A stretch of 64,000 nucleotides of DNA from Sedimentisphaerales bacterium (GTDB taxonomy: Bacteria > Planctomycetota > Phycisphaerae > Sedimentisphaerales > Anaerobacaceae). Below are positions 49,259-58,828 of the stretch, piece after piece. The notes below the pieces were generated by a model. That model made no database searches. It was given only the letters and a program-made list of their open reading frames with translations, and was not told where the DNA came from. Made by a program: the position numbers and the translations under genes. The stretch is from NCBI GenBank assembly GCA_963708075.1, contig OY970194.1:5728001-5792000 (forward strand), given 5' to 3'. The first letter of the stretch is position 1. The number at the start of each line of letters is the position of its first letter.

Positions 49259-51814
49259 ATGGCGAATGAGTACAGTGTAGAGGTTTGCCGGGAGCTTCAG
49301 GATCGATTTCGCCGTGCGGGCGTGTATCGGCCGATGCGAGTCAGGCGATACGAGCCGGGCACCGAATTGGTGTATCAGGTCCGTGGTTTCGGCGACAACA
49401 ACACTGTGAGCGTTTCTTTAGCCGTCGAGCGATTTGTGGGCGGCGGCTTTGCCGGCCAGGTATACCGGGTGAAGATTGTGCGGATTGACGGCGGGCGGAT
49501 CGCCGGACTGGAGAAAGGCGGCGCCTGCGCGATGAAGATCCTGATTCCGCCGTCAGGCTTGTCATGCCTCTTCCGCGACGCGCTCTATTGGGTCGGCTTT
49601 CAGGGCCCATTCCAGCTTCAGGTGAATCCCGCGGCGGCCCGGGCCGGGGCCTTGTGGCAGAAGATCATTCGGCGGGGGGTGGCAATCAAGTTCGGCGATG
49701 AACGGGCGGTGGTGGATATCTACGGTACATTCGTGGACGAGCAGCTCGGCAGTTGCGGCGAGCTGAGCGAGTGGGTGGATGGGCGGACGTGGCGACTGGA
49801 AGTGGATGACCGGTTGGACCTGCTCAAGCTTTGGGGCAAGGGTAAGGCCATCGACGAAAGCCGGGTGGGCTCGCCCGAGTACCGTGCCAAAAAGGTTTTC
49901 ATGCGCGAGTTCGTGGAACTGCTGCACGAGATGGGCGCGCACGAATTCGCCCGGCAATACGAATGGTCCACCTGCAAGAGCCAACCGAACTGCCTGAAGC
50001 GCCAGGGCCCGGATGAGGCTCCGGCGGCCGGATTGACGGCGGTGGATTTCCGGGCGGGGCTGGCGCTGCTGCCGTTCCTGCCGATGAGCCCGGGCGATGT
50101 GAAGCTGATTTTCAAAGGGTTTGGCCGAGGATCGCTCGTCCAGTTTGACCGGGGAAACCTCGACCGGTTGGAGCATTTCGTCGCGGCGCACAGCACCCAG
50201 TTCGCGGACATGCAGGGAATGCTGGCCGAACTGAAGGATGCGGAGTGCACTTATCGCAATTCGATTCCCGACATCACTCACAATCACGTCCGGCTGCTCT
50301 ATAGCAGCAGGCTATGGGCCACGATGTTCGCCAGCGCTGTTACCGGCTGGAAGGTCAGGGGCCTCATCGAAGAAAAACGCGCAGAGACGCTGCGAAGAAA
50401 TCGCCTTTTGGCGTTTCTGTTCTTCCTGGTCGGCTGTATCCCGTTGGCGGGCAGGATATTTCATCGCATGTGGGGCCGCCAGGATTGGCGCAGGCACTAT
50501 GCCACGATGGTGAGCAGCTTTCGCTATTTCGGGCAGGCCTTTCGGGCCAGAGTGGCCGAGAAGCTGATTGGGTGGCATCACTCCGGGCGAGTCGATGAAG
50601 AACGTGCACTGAAGCTGGCGGATCAGCCGTGGAGGTTTCTGGGGCACTGGCCTCTGTCGGTCCTGCCGGCGGTGCTGCATCGCTCCTTGACCGATTGGCA
50701 GTTTGCCCGGGAGAAATTCGTCCATTTGTTCATTCAACCGGTGCGGCTGTACTTCAATGCCCAGCTCCGCGAGCAGTGGCTGCGCGACATGGTCGCGGAA
50801 GGACAGGGCAAGCACATGCTCAGCGATGACGACGCACGGACAATCCAGCGGCAGATCAACGAGCCATACATACAGAAGTACCTCAAATGTCTTGCCGTGC
50901 ATCTCTGCACGCTGTTTGTGACCGAGGCCACGGCTCTGACGCTGGCCGTTATCTACGTAACGATGCACTCGGAAATGCCCTGGCAACAGGCTTGGGCGAG
51001 AGCTCTGACCATTATCGCCCTATTTCAGATCGTGCCCGTCTCGCCTGGATCGCTCGTGCGCGGATTCTATGTGCTCTATCTGGTGATACGCGAGCGCAAT
51101 TTCAAGGACTACAACATCGCTCTTTTGGTAGGGTTCTTCCGATACGTCGGCTACCTTGCATTTCCGATCCAGATGACCTACCGTTATCCCGTTCTGGCTC
51201 GTTTTATGGCGGCTCACTGGGCGACAGAGGCAGTGCACACTGTTCCCGTGTTCGGCGAGCACGGGGCGTTGCTGGAGCACTGGGTGTTCAACCTGTTTTA
51301 CAACTGGCCTTTGACGATCCGGCGACGAATGCGGCGGCGGGCGGAGATTCGGGCCTCGCTGCCGGCCCGATATTGGCATGTGGGCCCGTGTGTTCTCGTG
51401 GCGGCGGCTGTCTTCAGCCTGGTCGGCTACACTCATTTCAGCCACACCGGCCAATTGCCTGCTCTGAAGGAGTACTGGTGGCTTGTGATCGCGTTGCCCT
51501 TGCTGTGCGGGTCGCTGATTGCCCTGGGTAGCCGCGGGGCAACCCTCGGAAGACGCATCATAGTCGCGGCGATTGGTGGCGCGCTGACAGGCGTCGCGGC
51601 AACGCTCTTGTCGGTCATGATTGTGCGGACCGGTCAGGCCGGCGGGGCACATCCGGCTATCGTTCAGGGCGTATGGGAGGTGTTCATTTTCACGATCCTT
51701 TCTACCGTGGGGGCCGCCATGACAGAACTGGCTCTGCCCGAGCCGAGGCAAGATGGGGCGCAACCAGCAGCATCGGGTCAAGCGGTGCCTTCCGGCCTGA
51801 ACCCTATGCCGTAG
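49259..51814 (+). CDS. Large hypothetical membrane protein with N-terminal kinase-like motifs
   Basis: GGGFAGQVYRV, CAMKI, KSQPN, AVDF; several C-terminal TM segments. Confidence 0.7.
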   Translation: MANEYSVEVCRELQDRFRRAGVYRPMRVRRYEPGTELVYQVRGFGDNNTVSVSLAVERFVGGGFAGQVYRVKIVRIDGGRIAGLEKGGACAMKILIPPSGLSCLFRDALYWVGFQGPFQLQVNPAAARAGALWQKIIRRGVAIKFGDERAVVDIYGTFVDEQLGSCGELSEWVDGRTWRLEVDDRLDLLKLWGKGKAIDESRVGSPEYRAKKVFMREFVELLHEMGAHEFARQYEWSTCKSQPNCLKRQGPDEAPAAGLTAVDFRAGLALLPFLPMSPGDVKLIFKGFGRGSLVQFDRGNLDRLEHFVAAHSTQFADMQGMLAELKDAECTYRNSIPDITHNHVRLLYSSRLWATMFASAVTGWKVRGLIEEKRAETLRRNRLLAFLFFLVGCIPLAGRIFHRMWGRQDWRRHYATMVSSFRYFGQAFRARVAEKLIGWHHSGRVDEERALKLADQPWRFLGHWPLSVLPAVLHRSLTDWQFAREKFVHLFIQPVRLYFNAQLREQWLRDMVAEGQGKHMLSDDDARTIQRQINEPYIQKYLKCLAVHLCTLFVTEATALTLAVIYVTMHSEMPWQQAWARALTIIALFQIVPVSPGSLVRGFYVLYLVIRERNFKDYNIALLVGFFRYVGYLAFPIQMTYRYPVLARFMAAHWATEAVHTVPVFGEHGALLEHWVFNLFYNWPLTIRRRMRRRAEIRASLPARYWHVGPCVLVAAAVFSLVGYTHFSHTGQLPALKEYWWLVIALPLLCGSLIALGSRGATLGRRIIVAAIGGALTGVAATLLSVMIVRTGQAGGAHPAIVQGVWEVFIFTILSTVGAAMTELALPEPRQDGAQPAASGQAVPSGLNPMP

Positions 51815-52106
51815 TTTCTGCACTTGGGAATCGCGTCTTCCAGGAATCTTATGAAATTCTTCGCAGGCTCATTTTCATCCAAGGCATGTGGAATCGTGCG
51901 GATGAGGCGAAAAAGGCCTCCCGACTGCGGGGATTTTGCAGAATTTTCAAAAACAGGGCAGCAGAATTGTGGCGTTCGCACGAAAAACATTGGCAAAATA
52001 GTTTTCGGTCGTATAATGATGAAGGATGGGTCGGCGGGGTTCTTTGTCTGAATGCTTGTACGGCTCATGGGATGTGTATGGAAGTTCTGTGGAGCGCTTT
52101 CCTTTC

Positions 52107-52868
52107 ATGTCGGTCAATAGCTACAGCTCTCTATGCGATGATTTCTACATTGATATGTTCGTCAACACGGAGCTGGATCTGCCTGCCGAGCGGGATACCG
52201 TTCTGACGTTTTTCGACCGGATTCAAAGGCAGTATCCGCGTATGGGCCGCTTCGTGCGACGCGACAGCAATGAATACTACCTCGAAGAGGATCACGGGTC
52301 GGGGCAGTACCGCTGGGTGAGCCTGGAGGTGGACCGCATCGGCTCCGGCGTGGTCAATCCGGCGAGCTCCGAGGAGGCCTACCAGCAGGATAAGCTGATC
52401 CTGGAACTGGTCCCGTACATGCTCGGCGTGACCCCCCTGGATGTCGATTCGCTTGACGTTACCTTCTCCATGGACTTCGATTGCTCGGGCAACCACGACG
52501 AGATCATCGCCGAGGCGTTGTTCGGCAATAGCGCGTTCGGCGGTCTGCTGGATCTGCCGAATGGCAGACCCATTGTCTTCTCGCCGGCCATGGTGATTTC
52601 CCTGGCGGACAATGATCGGACCCAGGTCCGCCTCTGCGTCGAATCCAAGACGAGCATCTTTGAGCCCGGCGACAAAAATGATGGTCGCGACGAGTCGATC
52701 AGCCTGACCCTGACGGTCCGCCAGTATCCGCAGACGGATGAGCGATTCGATCCCGCGGCTTCATTCGAGCGGCAATGCCAGCTCGCAGAGGAGTTGATGA
52801 CCGAGAGAATCATCCGCCATTTCGTGCAGCCGCTGACAGAGGTGATCGCGCAACGAAGATCGACGTGA
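52107..52868 (+). CDS. Conserved hypothetical protein (planctomycete-type)
   Basis: YSSLCDDFYIDM.VNTELDLP, YRWVSLE, GNHDEIIAEAL; typical codon bias. Confidence 0.75.
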   Translation: MSVNSYSSLCDDFYIDMFVNTELDLPAERDTVLTFFDRIQRQYPRMGRFVRRDSNEYYLEEDHGSGQYRWVSLEVDRIGSGVVNPASSEEAYQQDKLILELVPYMLGVTPLDVDSLDVTFSMDFDCSGNHDEIIAEALFGNSAFGGLLDLPNGRPIVFSPAMVISLADNDRTQVRLCVESKTSIFEPGDKNDGRDESISLTLTVRQYPQTDERFDPAASFERQCQLAEELMTERIIRHFVQPLTEVIAQRRST

Positions 52869-52884
52869 GTGGAAGGGAGTCCCA

Positions 52885-53346
52885 ATGACGCTTGAGGCGC
52901 CGCTGAGCCGATCCAAGCGAGTCAACTTCATCCTCTATATCGTCGCGTGCCTGGCGATGGCGCTGTGGTTTGCGTACGACGGCTATATCAGCAAGAGCTT
53001 CATCGCGAACCACACCGACGAGCAGGGCAAGGCCGACAGCACCCTCTTCATCAATCAAAAAGCCCCGCCGTTTCTGCTTGGCGGCGCAGTGCTGTTTGGG
53101 ATCTGCCTCTTCGCCGTCAGAGGCAAAAAGGTGGTCGCCGAGGAGAGCGAGCTTGTCGTGGCGGGCAAAGAGAGAATTCCATACGATGCCATCGACAGGA
53201 TCGACAAGACTCATTTTGAGAAGAAGGGCTTCTTCACGGTCGTGTACAAAGAAGCGGATGGCCGCGAGGTGCGCCGCAAGCTGAGCGACCGCAATTACGA
53301 CAATCTCAAGCCGATCCTCGACCACCTGATCGCCAAAATCACATAG
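52885..53346 (+). CDS. Hypothetical two-TM membrane protein
   Basis: LWFAYDGY, two hydrophobic segments, GGGAG SD. Confidence 0.7.
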   Translation: MTLEAPLSRSKRVNFILYIVACLAMALWFAYDGYISKSFIANHTDEQGKADSTLFINQKAPPFLLGGAVLFGICLFAVRGKKVVAEESELVVAGKERIPYDAIDRIDKTHFEKKGFFTVVYKEADGREVRRKLSDRNYDNLKPILDHLIAKIT

Positions 53347-53373
53347 GATCGAGCCAAACAGATCGATCTTCAT

Positions 53374-54144
53374 ATGGGCAATGTGATTGGACTCAAAGCT
53401 CAGGGCACCAATCTCATCTACCTGCACCGCTGCGGTCGCGGCCATGCATTCGTCGTAGATCCCGGCAACGCCGCTGCCGTACTGCGGGCTCTCAAGGAGT
53501 ATCAGCTCACTCTGACGGCAGCCCTCTTGACCCATCATCATTGGGACCACGTCGGCGGAGTGGCGGACCTGCAATCGAGAACAGGTTGCAGGGTGATCGG
53601 GGCCGATCGCACACTGATTCCTGTGCCTGACCGCATCACGACTGATGGCGACATTCTGGCGATTGGAGAAGTCACAATCCAGGTCGCTGCAACACCAGGA
53701 CACACACGGGATTCGGTCTGTTACTATATTCCCGAACCGCATGGCGCCCAGGGGGTCGTGTACACGGGAGACACACTCTTCGTGGGCGGTTGCGGCCGGC
53801 TGCTCGAATGTGATGCTGCCACGATGTGGCACTCCCTGCAGAAGCTGGCCGCCTTGCCCGATGATACTCTCGTCTATTGCGGGCACGACTATACGCTGGA
53901 GAATTACGAGTTTGCCGTCTCCATCGACTCGAGCAACCGGCGAATCCGCGAGCGTCTCACGGAGGTGCAGAAGACCATCGAATACGAGCAGCCGACGGTC
54001 CCATCCACGATTGCCCAGGAGAAAGCGACCAACATCTTCCTCCAAGCCGACGATCCTCAAATCAAAGCGACATTGGGCATGACCGGCCTGCCCGCCGAGC
54101 AGGTCTTTGCCGACCTGCGACGCCGCAAAGACATGTTCGGCTGA
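53374..54144 (+). CDS. gloB: Hydroxyacylglutathione hydrolase (glyoxalase II)
   Basis: THHHWDHVGG, TPGHT, TGDTLFVGGCGR, YCGHDYT, VPSTIAQEKATN. Confidence 0.92.
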   Translation: MGNVIGLKAQGTNLIYLHRCGRGHAFVVDPGNAAAVLRALKEYQLTLTAALLTHHHWDHVGGVADLQSRTGCRVIGADRTLIPVPDRITTDGDILAIGEVTIQVAATPGHTRDSVCYYIPEPHGAQGVVYTGDTLFVGGCGRLLECDAATMWHSLQKLAALPDDTLVYCGHDYTLENYEFAVSIDSSNRRIRERLTEVQKTIEYEQPTVPSTIAQEKATNIFLQADDPQIKATLGMTGLPAEQVFADLRRRKDMFG

Positions 54145-54161
54145 TCATCCCTCTCCTGAAA

Positions 54162-54245
54162 GCCGATGGCCGACAGCTTGTCTTCTCACGGCTGCCGGGC
54201 ATTTCTTCTGAGCCATCGGCAAGCTGGCGCTTGCCGCTGCCACCC
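54162..54245. repeat. REP-like element related to 32555-32634
   Basis: GCCGATGGC...GCCATCGGCAAGCTGGCGCTTGCCGCTGCCACCC. Confidence 0.7.
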
Positions 54246-54335
54246 AACACGGCGCCCCAAGACCTGCAGAGACACTGCCGGCGGGTGTGGTCGGAATTCG
54301 GTGGCGGCGTGCAGCCACCGTGTGCGGACTGCGCC

Positions 54336-54548
54336 TCTTTCGTCCCTTACGGGACTGGCTTTTGTCCTCGGCCCCGGTTCCCCAGCGATCAATCGCTGGG
54401 CTATTCTCTATCGCCCTGCGGGTTTGGACTTTGCTCCAGTCCTCTTGCGTCGGCCCGTCCGCCCCACGGGGGCGATCGACACTAGCCCACCGTTTCAACG
54501 GTGGGTACGATAGTCAATCCTATCTCAAAGCCCCGTAGGGACGAAAGA
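54336..54548. repeat. Composite palindrome: two inverted triple-hairpin units (REPIN-like)
   Basis: 12-bp terminal IR TCTTTCGTCCCT/AGGGACGAAAGA; internal hairpins CCCAGCGAT-ca-ATCGCTGGG and CCCACCGTT-tc-AACGGTGGG. Confidence 0.8.
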
Positions 54549-54710
54549 AGACTGGGTTGCGCTCTTGTGTCGGGTGGAATCCGAATCCGCCACCGAAGGC
54601 CCCCGTAGCCCTTGGGGGGCAAAATGATTTGACCGCGGCGGGCGGCACGGGTAGGCTATTGTGGTTTTGTCTGGGAATCCTGGTTGGTGGTTTTGCAGAA
54701 CGGCGACGGC

Positions 54711-55991
54711 ATGAATATCTGTGTGGTTGGATTGCAGTGGGGCGATGAAGGCAAGGGCAAGATCGTCGATATTCTCGCCGAGAACAGCGACGTGGTCGTG
54801 CGATACGGCGGGGGCGCCAACGCGGGCCACACGGTGGTGATCGACAAGGAGCGGTTTGCTCTGCACCTTCTACCCAGCGGCTCGATCCGGCCGAACGTAG
54901 CCTGCGTGATCGCCAACGCCGTGGTGGTGGATCCCGAGGTTCTGATCCGCGAAATCGACGGCCTGGCACAGCGGGGAATCTCGCTCGACGGCCGGCTCTT
55001 CATCAGCGAAAACGCGCATGTCGTCCTGGACTACCACAAGCGGGAAGATCAACTCCGCGAGGAATCGCTGGGCAAGCAGAAGATCGGCACGACGATTCGC
55101 GGCATCGGCCCGTGCTATGCGGACAAGGTCGGGCGAAGCTACGCCATACGTATGAGCGATTTTCGCAACTTGGAGCAACTGAGCGAGAAGCTGCGGACGA
55201 TCGTCGATTACAAGAATAAGCTTTTTACCGCGCTCTACGGGGCCCAGCCGATGAGTCTCGATGCCATCATGGCCAACTGTAGAACGTATGCCGAGCGGCT
55301 CGTGCCGTTTGTCACCGATACGACGGAGCTGCTGCATGAGGCGATTGGCGAGGGCAAGTCGGTGCTCTTTGAAGGGGCCCAGGGCTCGTTGCTGGACTTG
55401 GATCACGGAACGTTTCCGTATGTAACCAGCTCGAATTCGAGCTCGCTGGGTCTGCCCTCCGGCTGCGGCGTACCCGCGAGGATGGTGGACAAGTACATTG
55501 GCGTCGTCAAGGCCTACACGACGCGGGTGGGCGCAGGCCCGTTCCCGACGGAGCAGGATAACGAGACCGGCAACTACATTCGCGAGCGTGGCCACGAATA
55601 CGGCACGACGACCGGCCGGCCCCGGCGGTGCGGCTGGTTTGACGGCGTGGCCGCGGCGTACAGCATCAAGATCGGCTCAGTCGATTCGGTGGCATTGCTG
55701 CACCTCGACACGCTGACCGGCCTGAAAGAGTTGAGCATCTGCAAAGCGTATGAAATTGACGGCAGGCAAACGACGTTCTTCCCGGCCAATATCGACAGGC
55801 TGGCCAAGGCTCGGCCAGTCTATGAACGCCTGCCGGGCTGGCAGGAGGAACTCGGAGAAGCAAAGACCTTTGAGAATCTGCCGGCCGCTGCACGGGACTA
55901 TGTCCGGCGCATCGAGCAGATCGTTGGAAAGCCGGTCGAAATGATCGGCGTCGGTCCCAAGCGGACCCAGACCATCATGAAGGAGGGTTGA
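54711..55991 (+). CDS. purA: Adenylosuccinate synthetase
   Basis: QWGDEGKGK, GGANAGHT, EGAQG, GTTTGRPRRCGW. Confidence 0.97.
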   Translation: MNICVVGLQWGDEGKGKIVDILAENSDVVVRYGGGANAGHTVVIDKERFALHLLPSGSIRPNVACVIANAVVVDPEVLIREIDGLAQRGISLDGRLFISENAHVVLDYHKREDQLREESLGKQKIGTTIRGIGPCYADKVGRSYAIRMSDFRNLEQLSEKLRTIVDYKNKLFTALYGAQPMSLDAIMANCRTYAERLVPFVTDTTELLHEAIGEGKSVLFEGAQGSLLDLDHGTFPYVTSSNSSSLGLPSGCGVPARMVDKYIGVVKAYTTRVGAGPFPTEQDNETGNYIRERGHEYGTTTGRPRRCGWFDGVAAAYSIKIGSVDSVALLHLDTLTGLKELSICKAYEIDGRQTTFFPANIDRLAKARPVYERLPGWQEELGEAKTFENLPAAARDYVRRIEQIVGKPVEMIGVGPKRTQTIMKEG

Positions 55992-56031
55992 TACTGTGCC
56001 GTCCCCATGAGGGGAGGCGCAGATCGTGCCT

Positions 56032-56835
56032 ATGAATGTCATGGACCAAAAACTCGGGGAGACGGCCAAGCGCCTGGATCTTCAGGTCGATCAAATGCCG
56101 CGCAACATCGCCATTATCATGGATGGCAACGGCCGATGGGCCAAGCGCAAGAGCCTGCCCCGCTACGAGGGCCACCGCGAAGGGGCAAAGACCGCCGAGA
56201 GGGTCGCCCAGTGCTGTGTCGATCTCGGGATGCAGTCGCTGACGTTGTACTCGTTCAGCATGGAGAACTGGAAGCGGCCGAAGGCGGAAGTGAACGCCCT
56301 GATGCACCTGTATGCCGAGTACCTGGTGGGGATTCGGCCGAATCTCATGCGAAACAATGTCCGGCTGGTCCATCTCGGCCGGATGGCCGGCCTGCCGGAA
56401 ATGGTCAGCAGCTCTCTTTGCGAGACGATGGATATGACCCGGGCCAACACCGGTATGGTGCTGGCTCTGGCGCTGAATTACAGCGGACGGGCGGAGATCG
56501 TCGATGCCGCCAGAGCCATCGCCAAAGCCCACAAGGAGGGCCGGCTGCCGCTCGAAAAGATCGACGAGACCTGCATCAGTCAGCACCTGTACACGGCCGA
56601 GATGGCTGATCCCGACCTGCTGATCCGAACGGCCAGCGAGCTTCGCGTCAGCAACTTCCTCCTGTGGCAGATCTCGTACAGCGAATTCTATGTGACCGAC
56701 ACCCTCTGGCCGGACTTCACGGAGCAGTCGCTGGAGAAGGCCATCCTCGCCTATGCTCACAGGGATCGGCGCTACGGCGCCATCGACCCCGCCGCACCGT
56801 CTCGCGGCCCGGTGGCCGATATCGTCAAGCCGTGA
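56032..56835 (+). CDS. uppS: Undecaprenyl diphosphate synthase
   Basis: IAIIMDGNGRWA, FSMENWKRP, DLLIRTASELRVSNFLLWQ. Confidence 0.95.
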   Translation: MNVMDQKLGETAKRLDLQVDQMPRNIAIIMDGNGRWAKRKSLPRYEGHREGAKTAERVAQCCVDLGMQSLTLYSFSMENWKRPKAEVNALMHLYAEYLVGIRPNLMRNNVRLVHLGRMAGLPEMVSSSLCETMDMTRANTGMVLALALNYSGRAEIVDAARAIAKAHKEGRLPLEKIDETCISQHLYTAEMADPDLLIRTASELRVSNFLLWQISYSEFYVTDTLWPDFTEQSLEKAILAYAHRDRRYGAIDPAAPSRGPVADIVKP

Positions 56836-56884
56836 CCGGCCAGGCTCTACGGAAAAGTTGGGCAAACATCGGAAGGAGCCATGC

Positions 56885-57745
56885 ATGCTCAAACACAGGC
56901 TTCTCTTCGGAACCCTGATGACGCTGTTCTTCACGGCACTCGTCATTTTCGATGGCTGGCTGGATGGCTCACTGACCGCTTCCACCGCCGATGACAGGCA
57001 GGTCCGGGCGACCCTGCTGACGATCCTTGTGGCCGTCGTTATCGGCCTTGGAGGCATGGAGTTTTCGGCCTTGGCCGCCGCCAGGGGCCTTACTGTCCTC
57101 AATCCCACGGCTCTTATCGGACTTGTGTTGCTGGCGACAGGCTGGTACTGGCCCCAGGTCTTCCATGTCTCTCAGGGCACATATCTCCTGTCGGTAGCAG
57201 CATTTACGCTCGCTGGCGTGTTTCTTCAGCAGCACGCCCGGTCCGGAACGGACGGCGTACTGGCCAATTGCGGAATCAGTTGTTTCATGTTGATGTACCT
57301 GGGCATGCTCGCGGCGTTTGTGCTGGGCATCCGAATTGATAAGGGCATTTGGCCTACCCTGATGTTCTTTTTTGCCGTAAAGTCTGCTGATATAGGAGCT
57401 TACACGTTCGGCAGACTGTTTGGAAGGCACAAACTCGCCCCTCGCGTCAGTCCCGGAAAGACGTGGGAAGGCATGGCGGGGGCAGTGGTCTTTGCCGCGA
57501 TCATAAGTCTCGCATTTGGCGTAGTTTTTGATATACTAAAGATATGGCCGGCGTTGGCCTTTGGTATAGGTACCGCAGTTATCGGACAGTTGAGCGATCT
57601 GACAGAGTCGATGTTGAAACGGGACGCCAGACAGAAGGATTCCTCGAACCGGGTGCCGGGGTTTGGAGGTATACTAGATGTCATCGATTCGCCGCTGTTT
57701 GCGGTGCCATTTGCGTACTTGTTTTTCACGCTCGTGATGCGGTAG
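56885..57745 (+). CDS. cdsA: Phosphatidate cytidylyltransferase
   Basis: DIGAYTFG, SPGKTWEG, DLTESMLKR..KDS..PGFGGILDVIDS. Confidence 0.93.
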   Translation: MLKHRLLFGTLMTLFFTALVIFDGWLDGSLTASTADDRQVRATLLTILVAVVIGLGGMEFSALAAARGLTVLNPTALIGLVLLATGWYWPQVFHVSQGTYLLSVAAFTLAGVFLQQHARSGTDGVLANCGISCFMLMYLGMLAAFVLGIRIDKGIWPTLMFFFAVKSADIGAYTFGRLFGRHKLAPRVSPGKTWEGMAGAVVFAAIISLAFGVVFDILKIWPALAFGIGTAVIGQLSDLTESMLKRDARQKDSSNRVPGFGGILDVIDSPLFAVPFAYLFFTLVMR

Positions 57746-57789
57746 GGGGTCATCGAGCGATACAGGAAGCGTTTTAGCGAGAGAGTATT

Positions 57790-58752
57790 TTGGAAGTCAC
57801 TGTACAACTGGATCCGGATAAGCAGTTGGAGTTGTTTGGTCCGACCGACAGTCATCTGCGGCTGTTGCGTCGATGTCTTGGAGTGCAAATCACCGCCCGC
57901 GAATCGGACCTGCGTATCAGCGGGACCGAGAGCAATGTGAGCCGGGCGACCGAGGTCGTCGATCGCATGCAAAAGCACCTGCTCAAGCACCGGCATCTGA
58001 CGGAAGATGACGTGACCGATTTCATTGAGGAAGGGGCGGCCCCGAGCGAGGCCGAGGGCGGAGAGACGATCAGCGTCTATTCCAACAAAGTGGTCGAGCC
58101 GTCCACCGAAGGCCAGTTGAAGTACATCGAAACGATGCTCAACAACGATGTTACCTTCTGCACCGGGCCGGCGGGCACGGGCAAGACCTACCTGGCGGTG
58201 GCGGTAGCCGTGTCGATGCTCAAGAAGCGGCAGATCCGCCGGCTCGTGCTGGCGCGGCCGGCCGTCGAAGCCGGTGAAAGGCTGGGCTTTCTGCCCGGCG
58301 ATATCGCCGCCAAGGTCAATCCATATCTTCGCCCCCTCTTTGACGCGATCGAAGACATGATGGACTTCGCCCAGATGCGCAAGTTCATGGAGCTGGATAT
58401 CATTGAAATCATCCCGCTGGCGTTCATGCGGGGCCGCACTCTGAACGAGGCCGCCATCATCTGCGATGAGGCTCAGAACACTTCCGGCTTGCAGATGCTG
58501 ATGGTGCTGACCCGCCTCGGACACGGCTCGAAAATGATCATCACCGGCGATATCACGCAGGTGGACTTGGCCGAGAACCAGAGAAGCGGCATGGTCGAAG
58601 CCATGCAAATCCTTCAGAGGGTCAAAGGCATTGGCATGGTGGAGCTGAGCCAGCAGGATATTGTCCGGCATCGCCTGGTGCAGGACATCGTCGAGGCCTA
58701 CAAGACCAGACCGGATACCCACAAGCGCCGGCGGCGAGAGGAGACGTCATGA
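57790..58752 (+). CDS. phoH: PhoH family ATPase (YbeZ-like)
   Basis: GPAGTGKTYLA, RPAVEAGERLGFLPG, AFMRGRTL, DEAQN. Confidence 0.93.
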   Translation: MEVTVQLDPDKQLELFGPTDSHLRLLRRCLGVQITARESDLRISGTESNVSRATEVVDRMQKHLLKHRHLTEDDVTDFIEEGAAPSEAEGGETISVYSNKVVEPSTEGQLKYIETMLNNDVTFCTGPAGTGKTYLAVAVAVSMLKKRQIRRLVLARPAVEAGERLGFLPGDIAAKVNPYLRPLFDAIEDMMDFAQMRKFMELDIIEIIPLAFMRGRTLNEAAIICDEAQNTSGLQMLMVLTRLGHGSKMIITGDITQVDLAENQRSGMVEAMQILQRVKGIGMVELSQQDIVRHRLVQDIVEAYKTRPDTHKRRRREETS

Positions 58753-58828
58753 GTCTCCTTGGACGGATGCCGGCCGATGGGCCGCGTGCAGGATGCAACG
58801 CGCCGAGTTTCTTTGCAGGGTTGGTGGT

